DNA of 64,000 bases from Vicinamibacterales bacterium. GTDB lineage: Bacteria > Acidobacteriota > Vicinamibacteria > Vicinamibacterales > UBA2999. Where the stretch lies: assembly GCA_050249615.1 (NCBI GenBank), contig JBFWQE010000006.1, forward strand, positions 4,539 to 68,538, written 5' to 3'. Shown here one piece after another: positions 9,174 to 19,356 of this stretch. The notes beneath the pieces were generated by a model. That model ran no database searches and was not told the origin of the DNA. It worked only from the letters and a program-made list of their open reading frames with translations. The position numbers were made by a program, and so were the translations under genes. How positions within the stretch are numbered: position 1 is the stretch's first letter; every line of letters starts with the position of its first letter.

Positions 9174-10583
9174 TCAGCGCGCGGGCTGCTTCACCTCGTG
9201 CAGGAAGTCCAGCACGAGCTCCAGGATGCGCTGGTTGATGCGGCTGCCCTCGTAGGTGCCGAACTTGCGCTGGAACGCCTCGAGGGGCACGACGGCCTTG
9301 GCCATGGTGCGGTGACCGCCGGCGCTGCCGATGTCGTTGAACCAGCGGCGGACGAAGTCGCCGGCGTTGCGCGAGTAGCCCAGGTTGCGCACCGACACGG
9401 TGAACGTGTCGTTCACCACGCCGGACACGATGGTCCACTGGACGTCCTCGAGCTGCAGGTAGAAATCGGCCACGTAGGGCACGAAGTCCTCACGGGGCGG
9501 CTCGCCGAGGAACGCGCAGAAGACGTGCTCCACCAGGCGGCCGGTCTGCCAGGCCTTGATGACGTAGTCGAGCCGCTCGGCGGTGATTTCCGATCCCTCC
9601 ATCTTTCGCACCATCGTCGCGTCGGCCCGCGGGTAGAGGTACGAGAAGGCGTCGAGGTCGGCGTTGTTGGCCTGCCGGTTGAAGAACAGCGTGTCCGACT
9701 TGATGGCGTAGAGCATCGCCGTGGCGGTGCGTTCGGAGATGTCGATGTCGACGGCCCGGAGGTGCTCGGTGAGGATGGTGGAGGTGGAGCCGTAATCCGG
9801 GCGGATGTCCTTGTAGACGGCGGTGTAGCCCGACTGCTCGGGGTGGTGATCGATCACCAGGTCGGCGTGCGGCAACAGGCCCGGGAAGTAGTGCGGCTGC
9901 ACGTCCACGAGCGCGACCTTGTCGAACGCGGCGAACTGGTCGGGGGTGACGAGCTCGTAGCCGAGATCCAGCAGCTTCACCATGCGCTGGTTCTCGGGGC
10001 GCGTCACGCCCTGCAGGCAGCCGATGATGGCCGTCTGGCGTGTCCGGCGCAGCAGGCTGCGCAGCGCAAGGCCGCTGGCCAGGGCGTCGGGGTCGGGATC
10101 GTTGTGGGTGAGGATGAGGACGCGGTCCGCGTCGCGGAAGTAGTGCTGGTACTGCTGCACCTTCTGGCGGGTCACCGACCGGCCCAGCTCGGCCAGCAGG
10201 GGCGCCTCGACCAGCTCGGCCAGGGTGAGCGTGTTCACGTCGGGGAAGTCGGTCCTGAGCGCCTCGGCCTTCTTCATCTCGTCCGGGCGCGTGCCGAGCA
10301 CGTAGACCAGGGTGCCGCCGGCGCCAACCACGGCGTCGAGCACCTTGCGCAGGCCCTTCCGCCCGTTGTCTTCGATCAGCACGACGGTCCCGGGGGTCAG
10401 GTCGGCCTTGACGAAACTGTCGAGGCGCTGGGGGTCCGCGATGCTGATCGGTAGTCCCGTATCGTCCACGCGGCGGGCGAATGCCGCGCTTTCCACCATC
10501 AGCTCGACGTCGGCGTGGGGAGCCAGGACTGCCTCGAGGAGCCGGGCCACCAGCTCCGTGTGACAGACCACGAGACAACGCAC
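9174..10583 (-). CDS. DHH/DHHA1-family phosphoesterase (NrnA-like) with N-terminal extra domain
   Basis: DHH motifs are present (ILTHNDPDPDALAS, VIDHHP) plus a DHHA1-like GSAGGHRTMAKA. Start chosen as GTG 10583 (VRCLVVCHTE). The part of the 765-aa ORF further upstream runs through a tandem repeat and an opposing real gene, so I do not treat it as coding. The start is uncertain. Confidence 0.8.
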   Translation of the reverse strand: MRCLVVCHTELVARLLEAVLAPHADVELMVESAAFARRVDDTGLPISIADPQRLDSFVKADLTPGTVVLIEDNGRKGLRKVLDAVVGAGGTLVYVLGTRPDEMKKAEALRTDFPDVNTLTLAELVEAPLLAELGRSVTRQKVQQYQHYFRDADRVLILTHNDPDPDALASGLALRSLLRRTRQTAIIGCLQGVTRPENQRMVKLLDLGYELVTPDQFAAFDKVALVDVQPHYFPGLLPHADLVIDHHPEQSGYTAVYKDIRPDYGSTSTILTEHLRAVDIDISERTATAMLYAIKSDTLFFNRQANNADLDAFSYLYPRADATMVRKMEGSEITAERLDYVIKAWQTGRLVEHVFCAFLGEPPREDFVPYVADFYLQLEDVQWTIVSGVVNDTFTVSVRNLGYSRNAGDFVRRWFNDIGSAGGHRTMAKAVVPLEAFQRKFGTYEGSRINQRILELVLDFLHEVKQPAR

Positions 10584-10593
10584 AGACCCCGAT

Positions 10594-10724
10594 GATAACG
10601 CAGATGGCGCGTAGATAACGCAGATGGCGCGTAGATAACGCAGATGGCGCAGATAACGCAGATAACGCAGATGGCGCAGATAGTGCAGATGGTGTGGATC
10701 GCGGATGGCGCGCAGATGGCCGCC
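10594..10724. repeat. Roughly 9-nt tandem array (about 14 units; GATAACGCA alternating with GATGGCGCR) in a divergent promoter region
   Basis: GAT recurs at 10594, 10603, 10614, 10623, 10634, 10643, 10652, 10661, 10670, 10679, 10688, 10697, 10704 and 10715. Confidence 0.9.
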
Positions 10725-10799
10725 GGCCCCGCGCATCAACGGCGCCGCCTGGCCCATCGACGTCGTCTCCGCCATCTGCGTTTCGGGTACTATCCGTGT

Positions 10800-11702
10800 A
10801 TGGGCCGCGGGCTTCTCGGCGCGTCGTTGTTGATGGCGGCCTCGACCGGGCTCGCGGCCGAGCAGGTGGTGTTCCGGGCCGGCATCGACCTGGTCACCTT
10901 CGGCGTCACCGTGACCGACCGGCGCGGCAACCTCGTCACCGACCTCGGGCTGGACGATTTCGAGATCGTCGAGGACGGGCGCAGGCAGGAGGTCCGGTAC
11001 TTCTCGCCCGGCGGAGGCGAGGAGACGCTCAGCCGCCTGCACCCCGGCCTCATGCTCGATACCAGCGCCAGCATGGAGCGGGATCTCAGCCTGGCGCGCA
11101 GCGCCGCGATCAAGTTCCTGAATCTCCTGCCGCAGTCCGAGGACATCACGCTGGTGGACTTCGACACGGAGGTCCGCGTCACGCGCTACCCGCAGCGCGA
11201 CTTCCCGCGCGTGGTCGAGCGCATTCGCAACCGGAAACCGGAGGGATGGACCGCCCTCTACGACGCGCTCGGCGTCTACCTGGACGGCGCCTCCTCGCAG
11301 TCCGGCCGTCCCGTGCTGGTGATGTACACCGACGGCGCCGACTCGCGCTCCAGCCTCTCCTATGGGGAAACGCTGGAACTGCTGAGGGCCTCGCACACCA
11401 CCGTCTATGCCGTGGGCCTGGTGGAGCACAGCGGGAGCCTCCGGATGGAATCGCGACTGCGGCTCCAGCAAATGGCCGAGACCACCGGTGGGCAGGCGTT
11501 CTTCCCCTCGCGCCTCGAGGACCTGGACGCCACGTATCGGAAGGTGCTGGACGAGATCCGCGCGCAGTACCAGCTGGGCTATGCCTCCACCAACGCCGCC
11601 ACCGACGGCCAGTGGCGCAGGGTGGAGGTGAAGGTGAAGCGGCCTGGCGTGAAGGTGCGCACCCGCAAGGGGTACTTCGCCGCGTACAAACCGTCACGGT
11701 AA
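10800..11702 (+). CDS. Secreted VWA-domain protein (Acidobacteria-type VWFA-related domain)
   Basis: ATG at 10800 (MGRGLLGASLLMAASTGLAA signal). The MIDAS motif is DTSASM. The C-terminal YQLGYASTN...WRRVEVKVKRPGVKVRTRKGYFA is typical of the acidobacterial VWFA family. Confidence 0.85.
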   Translation: MGRGLLGASLLMAASTGLAAEQVVFRAGIDLVTFGVTVTDRRGNLVTDLGLDDFEIVEDGRRQEVRYFSPGGGEETLSRLHPGLMLDTSASMERDLSLARSAAIKFLNLLPQSEDITLVDFDTEVRVTRYPQRDFPRVVERIRNRKPEGWTALYDALGVYLDGASSQSGRPVLVMYTDGADSRSSLSYGETLELLRASHTTVYAVGLVEHSGSLRMESRLRLQQMAETTGGQAFFPSRLEDLDATYRKVLDEIRAQYQLGYASTNAATDGQWRRVEVKVKRPGVKVRTRKGYFAAYKPSR

Positions 11703-11769
11703 GGACAGGCCGTGCGGCCGGCCGGGCCTGGGCTCTGTGGTACCATGAGGGGTTCCTCCTGTCACGCGT

Positions 11770-13791
11770 ATGCCGTCCGTCTACGATCGGTTCCACCTCA
11801 CGTCCGAGTTCGAGCTGCGAGGCGACCAGGTCCGCGCCGTGCCGGAGCTCGTGGACGGCCTCGAGCGCGGGGACAGGCACCAGGTCCTGCTGGGCGTCAC
11901 CGGGTCGGGCAAGACGTATACGATGGCGCAGGTCATCGCGCGCGTGAACCGCCCCACGCTGGTGATGGCGCACAACAAGACCCTGGCGGCACAGCTGTTC
12001 CAGGAGTTCCGGCGCTTCTTCCCGGAGAACGCCGTCGAGTACTTCGTCAGCTATTACGACTACTACCAGCCCGAAGCCTACGTGCCGTCCAGCGACACGT
12101 ACATCGAGAAGGAATCGACCATCAACGACGAGATCGACCGCATGCGGCTGTCGGCCACCCGGTCGCTCTTCGAACGCCGCGACGTCATCATCGTCGCCAG
12201 CGTGTCGTGCATCTACGGCCTGGGTTCGCCCGAGGCGTACTACGGGATGGTCCTGCCTCTCGAGCGGGGCCAGCGGATTGGCCGCGACCAGATCCTGCGC
12301 AAGCTCGTCGAAATCCAGTACGAGCGCAACGACATGGAGTTCGGCCGCGGCACCTTCCGCGTCCGCGGCGACATCGTCGAGGTCTACCCGTCGTACGAGG
12401 AGGTGGCGCTCCGCATCGGGCTGTTCGGGGACGAGATCGACGAGCTGGTGTCGTTCGACCCGCTCACCGGCAAGGCCTTCCGCCGCCACGATCGCACCGC
12501 GGTCTACCCGAAGTCACACTTCGTCACGAGCCGCGAGCGGCTGAAGCAGGCCGTCGAGACCATCAAGGCCGAGCTCGCCGAGCGGCGGGGCGACCTCGAG
12601 CGCGAGGGCAAGCTCCTCGAGGCGCAGCGGCTCCACCAGCGGACGATGTTCGACCTGGAGATGATCAAGGAGATCGGCTACTGCCACGGCATCGAGAACT
12701 ACTCGCGGCACCTGACGGGCCGCCGGCCGGGCCAGCCGCCGCCGACGCTGCTCGACTACCTGCCCTCGGACGCGCTCGTGATCGTGGACGAGAGCCACCA
12801 GACGATCCCGCAGATCCGGGGGATGTACCACGGCGACCGCTCGCGCAAGGAGGTCCTCGTCGAGTACGGCTTCCGGCTGCCGTCGGCGCTCGACAACCGC
12901 CCGCTCAACTTCGAGGAGTGGGAGGAGCGGGTGCACCAGTTGATCTACGTGTCCGCGACGCCGGGCCCCTACGAGCTGCAGAAGTCGGGCGGCGTGGTCG
13001 TGGAGCAGGTCATCCGGCCCACCGGGCTCATGGATCCGCCCATCGAGGTGCGCCCGGTGAAGGGGCAGGTGGACGACCTGCTGGGCGAGATCCGCGCGCG
13101 AGCCGAGCGGGGGGAGCGCGTCCTGGTGACAACCCTCACCAAGCGCATGGCCGAAGACCTGACGCAGTACTACCAGGAGCTGGGCGTGAAGGTCCGCTAC
13201 CTGCACTCGGACATCGACACGCTCGAGCGGGTCGAGATCCTGCGGGACCTGCGGCGCGGCGTCTTCGACGTGCTGGTGGGCATCAACCTCCTCCGCGAGG
13301 GCCTGGACCTGCCGGAAGTCTCGCTGGTGGCCATCCTGGACGCCGACAAGGAGGGCTTCCTGCGGTCGGCCGGGGCGCTGATCCAGACCTCCGGCCGTGC
13401 GGCCCGCAACGTGAACGGGCAGGTGATCATGTACGCGGACGCGATGACCGACTCGATGAAGGCGGCCATCGGCGAGACCGGCCGGCGGCGGGCGCTGCAG
13501 GCCGCCTACAACGCCGAGCACGGCATCACGCCGACCACCATCGTGAAGTCCATCGACGACGTCCTGACCAGCATCTACGAGCGTGACTACCTGGGCGTGC
13601 CGGAGCCGGTGAGGCCTGGCGTGCCCGTCTTCCGGTCACAGGCCGAGCTCGATGCCCATCTCGCCGGCCTCGACAGGGAGATGCGCGCCGCCGCGGCGAA
13701 CCTGGATTTCGAGAAGGCGGCCGCGCTGCGTGACCAGATCCGCGCCCTGAAGACGCGCGACCTCGGGCTGGGGGCGCCCGCGTTCTCGTGA
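11770..13791 (+). CDS. uvrB: Excinuclease ABC subunit B
   Basis: GVTGSGKT Walker [14 protein letters not shown], helicase motifs and a C-terminal UVR domain ([17 protein letters not shown]). Confidence 0.97.
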   Translation: MPSVYDRFHLTSEFELRGDQVRAVPELVDGLERGDRHQVLLGVTGSGKTYTMAQVIARVNRPTLVMAHNKTLAAQLFQEFRRFFPENAVEYFVSYYDYYQPEAYVPSSDTYIEKESTINDEIDRMRLSATRSLFERRDVIIVASVSCIYGLGSPEAYYGMVLPLERGQRIGRDQILRKLVEIQYERNDMEFGRGTFRVRGDIVEVYPSYEEVALRIGLFGDEIDELVSFDPLTGKAFRRHDRTAVYPKSHFVTSRERLKQAVETIKAELAERRGDLEREGKLLEAQRLHQRTMFDLEMIKEIGYCHGIENYSRHLTGRRPGQPPPTLLDYLPSDALVIVDESHQTIPQIRGMYHGDRSRKEVLVEYGFRLPSALDNRPLNFEEWEERVHQLIYVSATPGPYELQKSGGVVVEQVIRPTGLMDPPIEVRPVKGQVDDLLGEIRARAERGERVLVTTLTKRMAEDLTQYYQELGVKVRYLHSDIDTLERVEILRDLRRGVFDVLVGINLLREGLDLPEVSLVAILDADKEGFLRSAGALIQTSGRAARNVNGQVIMYADAMTDSMKAAIGETGRRRALQAAYNAEHGITPTTIVKSIDDVLTSIYERDYLGVPEPVRPGVPVFRSQAELDAHLAGLDREMRAAAANLDFEKAAALRDQIRALKTRDLGLGAPAFS

Positions 13792-14573
13792 AGCGGCTGC
13801 TCGCGGGCTTCCTCGGTGAACGCCTCAAGGGCGCGTTGCTCGAGGTGCAGGAGTACGTGCGCCTGAACGTGGCGGTGGTGCGCGGCGCTGTCTCACGCCC
13901 GTTCTACGCGCACGACCTGGTCGAGCAGCTCGACGTGATCGGGCTCGGATCGCTCACCGTGGTGCTGCTCACCGGCTTCTTCACCGGCGCGGTGCTGGCG
14001 CTGCAGTCGGGGATGACGATGGACCAGTTCGGCGCGCGGCCCTACGTGGGGCGTCTCATCAGCGCCTCCATGATCAAGGAGCTGGGCCCGGTGCTGACGG
14101 CGCTGATGCTGGCCGGCCGCGTCGGCTCCGGCATCGCCGCGGAGCTGGGCTCGATGGTCGTGACCGACCAGGTGAACGCCCTGCGCGCGCTCGGCACGGA
14201 CCCCATCCGCAAGCTGGTGGTGCCCCGCGTGCTGGCCGGGTTCATCATGTGCCCGATCCTCACCGTCATCGCCAACGCGGTGGGCCTGCTCGGCGGCTGG
14301 ATCATCGCCACGTCGCAGCTGCGCGTGGCCTCGTCGGTGTACTGGCAATCCGTCGCGGAGGGCCTGTACCTCGAGGACATCTGGATGGGGCTCGTCAAGC
14401 CCTTCTTCCTCGGCGTCATCATCGTCACGATCGGGTGTCACGTGGGCCTGAGGACGAGTGGAGGGACGCAGGGCGTCGGCCGCTCGACGACCACCGCCGT
14501 CGTGGCCGCCTCGGTGACGGTGCTCGTGGTGGACTTCTTCCTGACGCGCCTGTTGATCTCGGTGCTGTTCTGA
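13788..14573 (+). CDS. mlaE: Mla/Ttg2-type ABC transporter permease
   Basis: GTG start overlapping the uvrB stop (GTGA). Multi-TM protein with the MlaE-family core [26 protein letters not shown]. Confidence 0.88.
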   Translation: MKRLLAGFLGERLKGALLEVQEYVRLNVAVVRGAVSRPFYAHDLVEQLDVIGLGSLTVVLLTGFFTGAVLALQSGMTMDQFGARPYVGRLISASMIKELGPVLTALMLAGRVGSGIAAELGSMVVTDQVNALRALGTDPIRKLVVPRVLAGFIMCPILTVIANAVGLLGGWIIATSQLRVASSVYWQSVAEGLYLEDIWMGLVKPFFLGVIIVTIGCHVGLRTSGGTQGVGRSTTTAVVAASVTVLVVDFFLTRLLISVLF

Positions 14574-15424
14574 TGAGACGCGAGTCCCTGGCCGACTTCG
14601 GCCTCCCGATCGAGCTGGTCGAGCCGCACGCCCCGGTCGTGCTCTTCGACAAGGTGACGCTGGCCTTCGATGAAAAGGTCATCCTGGACGGCGTGACGTT
14701 CGACGTGCGCGCCGGCCACACCAAGATCTTCCTCGGCGCGAGCGGTGCGGGGAAGTCCACCATCCTGAAGCTGATGCTGGGGCTGCTCAGGCCGGATGCC
14801 GGGACCATCTGGGTGCTCGGGCACCGCGTCGACCAGATGAACGAAGAGCAGCTGATGCGCGTGCGCCATCACATGGGGATGGTGTTCCAGGAGGGGGCCC
14901 TCTTCGACTCGTTCAGCGTGGGCGAGAACGTCGGGTACAAACTGTACGAGGAGACCCGCCAGCCCCTCGAGGACGTGCGCCGCCGCGTCGAGGAGGTGCT
15001 GGGGTTCGTCGGACTCGGCGAGCACATCGACAAGGCCCCGTCGGAGCTGTCGGGCGGCCAGCGCCGGCGTGTCGCCATCGCGCGGGCCATGGCGGCCAAG
15101 CCGACGCTGCTGCTGTACGACGAGCCCACCACGGGTCTGGACCCGATGACCTCGCTCACCATCGACGCCGAGATCATCAAGCTGCGCGACCTCGAGAACG
15201 TCACCTCGGTCCTCGTTACGCACCAGCTGCGCGACGCGTTCTACATCGCCACGCACGAGGCGGTCCGCGCGGCCGACGGCGGCATCGAGATGGTCCCGGC
15301 CCGGGAGCAGAAGCTCGAGCAGGCCGACTTCGTCATGCTCAAGGACGGCCGAATCGTCTTCGAAGGGTCGGCCGCGGACCTGCGCGCGTCGTCCGATCCG
15401 TATCTTCAGGCGTTTCTCTCGTAA
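14573..15424 (+). CDS. mlaF: Mla-type ABC transporter ATP-binding protein
   Basis: ATG at 14573 overlaps the mlaE stop. Walker A is GASGAGKST, the ABC signature is LSGGQRRRVAIARA, and Walker B is LLLYDEPT. Confidence 0.92.
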   Translation: MRRESLADFGLPIELVEPHAPVVLFDKVTLAFDEKVILDGVTFDVRAGHTKIFLGASGAGKSTILKLMLGLLRPDAGTIWVLGHRVDQMNEEQLMRVRHHMGMVFQEGALFDSFSVGENVGYKLYEETRQPLEDVRRRVEEVLGFVGLGEHIDKAPSELSGGQRRRVAIARAMAAKPTLLLYDEPTTGLDPMTSLTIDAEIIKLRDLENVTSVLVTHQLRDAFYIATHEAVRAADGGIEMVPAREQKLEQADFVMLKDGRIVFEGSAADLRASSDPYLQAFLS

Positions 15425-15437
15425 GGGGTTCGACTGC

Positions 15438-16475
15438 ATGCCTCGCACACGCTCACTCGCGTTCGCCGAGCTCAAGCTCGGCATCATCGCCGTCGTGGCC
15501 CTCGTCCTGACCGGTGCCCTCATCTTCGCCGTGGGCGGAGGGGGGTTCTTCTGGCAGCTGTACCCGCTCAAGGCGCGGTTCGACAACGTCGCCGGCATCA
15601 AGGGCGGATCGCCCGTGCGCGTGGCCGGCGTGGAGGTGGGCTCGGTCAGCGACGTGCGGTTCTCGGGCACGGGGGTCGAGGTCTGGTTCACGGTCAACGA
15701 CAACATGCGCCAGCTGGTCACGACGAGCTCGGTCGCCACGATCGGCTCCATCTCGCTGCTGGGCGAAGGCGCCATCGACATCACGGCAGCCAGCGAGGGC
15801 ACCCCGCTAGGTGACTGGGAGTACGTGCGCTCGGGGCGCGCGCCGGGCACGATCGCGGAGTTGACCGAGACGGCCTCCGACAGCCTCTCCGAGGCGAAAC
15901 GCCTGATCGAGGACATCCGCGCCGGGAAGGGCACCATCGGGCGCCTCTTCACCGACGATGCGGTGTATCGCGACGTGGACGCGTTTGTCCGATCGGCCGA
16001 GCGCGTGGCCCGCGCCATCGGCGACGGGCAGGGCACGCTGGGCCGCCTCACGCGGGATCCGAAGCTGTACGAGGAGCTCCAGCAGTCGGTCACGAACCTG
16101 AACGCCATTACCGCGCGCATTCGCGGCGGCGAGGGCACGCTGGGACAGCTGATGAACGACCCGGCGATGGGCCGCAGCCTCACCTCCACGACGGCCAACC
16201 TCGACACCATCACGGGCCGCCTGAGCAAGGGCGAAGGGACGATGGGAAAGCTGCTGACGGAGGAGGCCCTCTACACACGCCTGGATGACATGACCGGGCG
16301 GCTCGACTCCCTCGTCGAGCGGCTGAACGCCGGGCAGGGCACCGCCGGGCAGCTGCTGCAGGACAAGCAGTTATATGAGAACATGAACCAGGCGGCGTCA
16401 GAGCTGCGCGGGCTCATCGGGGACATCCGCAAGGACCCCAAGAGATACCTCAACGTGAAGGTGAGCATCTTCTGA
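15438..16475 (+). CDS. mlaD: MCE/MlaD-family substrate-binding protein
   Basis: N-terminal TM anchor followed by an MCE domain (FDNVAGIKGGSPVRVAGVEVGSVSDV). Repeated GxGTxGxL coiled segments follow. Confidence 0.85.
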   Translation: MPRTRSLAFAELKLGIIAVVALVLTGALIFAVGGGGFFWQLYPLKARFDNVAGIKGGSPVRVAGVEVGSVSDVRFSGTGVEVWFTVNDNMRQLVTTSSVATIGSISLLGEGAIDITAASEGTPLGDWEYVRSGRAPGTIAELTETASDSLSEAKRLIEDIRAGKGTIGRLFTDDAVYRDVDAFVRSAERVARAIGDGQGTLGRLTRDPKLYEELQQSVTNLNAITARIRGGEGTLGQLMNDPAMGRSLTSTTANLDTITGRLSKGEGTMGKLLTEEALYTRLDDMTGRLDSLVERLNAGQGTAGQLLQDKQLYENMNQAASELRGLIGDIRKDPKRYLNVKVSIF

Positions 16476-16488
16476 GTCGGAGGCGAAC

Positions 16489-16767
16489 ATGTCGAGGGAC
16501 AACCAGGCCGGGGCGGGCAGCGTGATGCTGGCCTTCATGATTGGCGCCATCACCGGCGCCGCCATCGCATTGCTGTACGCGCCGGCGACGGGCGAGGAGA
16601 CGCGGGACTTCATCGGGCAGAAGGCTCGCGAGGGTCGCGACAAGGCCCGGGATGCCGTCGAGCAGGGCCGCGAGTTCTACCAGCGCAATCGCGAAGGGGT
16701 AACGACGGCCATCGAGCGCGGCCGCGAGGCCTTCCAGCAGGCGCGGGAGCGCGGGGAGCAGGCGTGA
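16489..16767 (+). CDS. YtxH-like small membrane/stress protein
   Basis: 92 aa. The pattern GAITGAAIALLYAPATGEETR followed by a charged helical tail fits the YtxH family. Confidence 0.7.
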   Translation: MSRDNQAGAGSVMLAFMIGAITGAAIALLYAPATGEETRDFIGQKAREGRDKARDAVEQGREFYQRNREGVTTAIERGREAFQQARERGEQA

Positions 16768-17201
16768 GCCCGATGGCCGAGGCCTTCCTCGGTGTCATCG
16801 CGGTTTCGGTGCTGCTGATGGCGGCGATCCAGGTGGGGGCCATCATTGCCGGCTACAAGCTGATGCGCCGCGTCGAACAGATGTCGGAGCGCCTCGAGCT
16901 CGAGGTCAAGCCGCTCATCGGGAAGCTCACGGACGTGGCCGCTGAAGCCTCGCGGAGCGCCACGCTCGCCTCCAAGCAGGTGGAGCGCGTGGATCGGCTG
17001 GTCGGCGACGTCGCCACGCGCGTGGACGAGACGCTCGCGGTCGCGCGGCACTTCGTCCAGGGGCCGGCCAAGAACGGCATGGCCATCCTGAGCGGCGTGC
17101 AGGCGGCGGTGTCGGCGTTCCGGGGCTTCCGCGAGGCGTCGCGGCGGCGGAAGCACGCGAGGCCGGGCGTGGACGACGACGATTCGCTCTTCATCGGGTG
17201 A
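16764..17201 (+). CDS. Hypothetical membrane-anchored coiled-coil protein (DUF948-like)
   Basis: N-terminal TM helix followed by a helical region. Good GC3 bias and translationally coupled to the previous gene. Confidence 0.6.
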   Translation: MSPMAEAFLGVIAVSVLLMAAIQVGAIIAGYKLMRRVEQMSERLELEVKPLIGKLTDVAAEASRSATLASKQVERVDRLVGDVATRVDETLAVARHFVQGPAKNGMAILSGVQAAVSAFRGFREASRRRKHARPGVDDDDSLFIG

Positions 17202-17236
17202 ACACCGGATTGACGCCGGCGCGCTCCGGGTGATAG

Positions 17237-17782
17237 ATGGAGTGCATGAATCGCGTCCTCCGCCGCTCCGTTCCCGTCCTGGGCCTGCTCCTCGGCCTGT
17301 CGTCGCCCGCCTTTGCCCAGGATCCGCAGTCAACGGCGCCGGCCCGTGAGTTCGCCCAGCAGCTCGCGGCCAGGAAGCTGGACAGCTTCGCCGTCCGCGT
17401 GCCCGACAGCCAGGACGAGTTCGCCGCGGCCCTCTCCCTCCCCGGACAGCTCATCGTCGTGTGGGCGAAGTTCAGCGTCCCGGCGGTCCTGAACGAGAAG
17501 ATCATCAACCGCGAGTACCGCGAGGTCTACATCGATCTCAACAGCGCCTCCGATCCCGAGTCCCGCAACATCATCACCGACCTTGGCGCCGACGGCGTCC
17601 GGCGCGGCGAGCGCAACCAGCCGGCGGACGCCCACGACATCGGCAGCGCGAGCGTGCGCTTCGACGCCAACTGGCGCGAGGACAAAATGTCCGAGAAGGA
17701 CTACATGAAGGCGCACGCGGACGCCGACGCCGCCTACACCCGCGTCCTCGGGCTTCTGCTCGAAGAGATCAAGAAGAACTGA
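17237..17782 (+). CDS. Hypothetical secreted protein
   Basis: Signal peptide LGLLLGLSSPAFAQD. The true start may be ATG 17246 (MNRVLRR). I recognise no family motif. Confidence 0.6.
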   Translation: MECMNRVLRRSVPVLGLLLGLSSPAFAQDPQSTAPAREFAQQLAARKLDSFAVRVPDSQDEFAAALSLPGQLIVVWAKFSVPAVLNEKIINREYREVYIDLNSASDPESRNIITDLGADGVRRGERNQPADAHDIGSASVRFDANWREDKMSEKDYMKAHADADAAYTRVLGLLLEEIKKN

Positions 17783-17886
17783 CGCCCGGACGGGGCACTC
17801 TCTCTCCAGACCGAGCGCTGCGGTCCCGTGGTGGCCGGGGCGCGTATCATGTGCGGGGCACCGATTCCTGCCCGAAGGAGAGAGCC

Positions 17887-19356
17887 ATGTCTGGTTACGC
17901 ACGCCGCTTGCTCGTGCCCGCGGCCCTGGGGCTGCTGCTTGCCGCGCCCGCCCTGGCGCAGGAAGCGGCCAAGCCGCTCTGGTCGGGACGCTTCGACGTG
18001 GAGCCCGACAAGGCGCTGCTCGCCTGGGGCGCGTCGTTCTCCTTCGACCGGCGCCTCTTCGAGGACGACGTGAACGGGAGCCTGGCGTGGGCCGAGGCGC
18101 TGACACGCGCGGGTGTCCTCAACGCGGACGAGTCTTCGGCCATCCGGCGAGGGTTGACCTCCATCCTCGAGAGCGCGCGAGCCAATCCGGCCTTCCTGTC
18201 CGGGCCGGACGAGGATGTCCACTCGTTCGTGGAGCGCGTGCTCATCGAGCGCATCGGCGAACCGGGACGGCGGCTGCATACGGGCCGCTCGCGGAATGAC
18301 CAGGTGGCCGTGGACATGCGTCTCTACGTGCGCCGTCGGGTCCCCGACATCCAGAAGTCGCTGCTGTCGGTGATCGATGCCCTGGTGGCGCAGGCCGCGT
18401 CGGCAGGCGATGCGGTGATGCCGTCCTACACGCACGTCCGGCGCGCGCAGCCGGTGCTGGTGGCGCACTACCTGCTGGCCCACGCCTGGGCGCTCCGGCG
18501 CGACGTGGAGCGCTTCGGGGCCGTCCGGGCCGAAGCGGACGCGATGCCGCTCGGCGCCGGCGCCATCGCGGGCACCAACTACGCGGTGGACACGACGTTC
18601 CTGGCCGAGCGCCTCGGGTTCACGAAGGTCGTGGCCAACAGCATCGACGCGACGTCGGACCGCGACTACGTCAGCAGCTTCCTCCACGCATCCTCGCTCG
18701 CCATGGTGCACCTGAGCCGCATGGCGGAGGACATTGTCCTCTTCACCGGAGAGGAGTTCGGGTTCTTCGTGCTCTCTGACGCGGTGGCGACGGGGAGCAG
18801 CCTGATGCCGCAGAAGAAGAACCCGGATCCGATGGAGCTGGTGCGCGGGAAAGCCGGACGAACGATCGGGAACCTGACCGGATGGCTCGCCACCATGAAG
18901 GGCCTGCCGAGCGGGTACAACAAGGACCTACAGGAGGACAAGGAGGCGCTCTTCGACGCCGAGGACTCGCTGATGGGCTCGGCGGGAGCGGCCGCGACGG
19001 TGGTGCGCACGCTGACGCTGGATCGCGCGCGGACGACGCGAGGGGCGTCGGGGTTCCTGCTCTCCACCGATGTGGCCGACTACCTGGTCGCCAAAGGCGT
19101 GGCCTTCCGCACGGCTCACGAGGTGGTGGGCGGCATGGTCCGTGAGCTGCTGAAACAGGGCAAGGAGTTCGAGACGCTCACGCCCGCCGAGTGGAGGGCG
19201 TTCCACCCCTCGTTCGGGGACGACGTGATGACGGTGGTGACGGCGCAGGCCTCGGTGCGGATGAAGAAGACGCCGCAGTCCACGAGCCCGGCCGCGGTAC
19301 AGGCGCAGCTGGCGGAGATGTCAGCGTGGCTCGGGAGTGCAAAGGCGGGGCGGTGA
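17887..19356 (+). CDS. argH: Argininosuccinate lyase with about 27-aa hydrophobic N-terminal extension
   Basis: ATG at 17887 preceded by AAGGAG. Motifs are LWSGRF, TGRSRNDQV and the fumarate-lyase signature GSSLMPQKKNPD. Confidence 0.93.
   Translation: MSGYARRLLVPAALGLLLAAPALAQEAAKPLWSGRFDVEPDKALLAWGASFSFDRRLFEDDVNGSLAWAEALTRAGVLNADESSAIRRGLTSILESARANPAFLSGPDEDVHSFVERVLIERIGEPGRRLHTGRSRNDQVAVDMRLYVRRRVPDIQKSLLSVIDALVAQAASAGDAVMPSYTHVRRAQPVLVAHYLLAHAWALRRDVERFGAVRAEADAMPLGAGAIAGTNYAVDTTFLAERLGFTKVVANSIDATSDRDYVSSFLHASSLAMVHLSRMAEDIVLFTGEEFGFFVLSDAVATGSSLMPQKKNPDPMELVRGKAGRTIGNLTGWLATMKGLPSGYNKDLQEDKEALFDAEDSLMGSAGAAATVVRTLTLDRARTTRGASGFLLSTDVADYLVAKGVAFRTAHEVVGGMVRELLKQGKEFETLTPAEWRAFHPSFGDDVMTVVTAQASVRMKKTPQSTSPAAVQAQLAEMSAWLGSAKAGR

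Noticed and set aside
10594-10724. Possible CRISPR array or oriC (DnaA-box cluster), given the tandem repeats and a TGTGGATC word.
   Set aside because: The units are 9 nt with no spacers, so this is not a CRISPR array. Only one word approaches the DnaA box TGTGGATAA. There is no dnaA/dnaN context and no AT-rich unwinding element.
10584-11471. Upstream part of the 765-aa ORF 9174..11471(-), including the YLRYLRHLRYLR peptide.
   Set aside because: It is produced by reading through the 9-nt tandem array and the antisense strand of the VWA gene. The DHH phosphoesterase homology begins downstream of GTG 10583.
17850-17875. Sigma-54-like GGCAC...TGC motif upstream of argH.
   Set aside because: The GG-to-GC spacing is one nucleotide too long. 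The implied transcription start would fall on or after the AAGGAG Shine-Dalgarno sequence.
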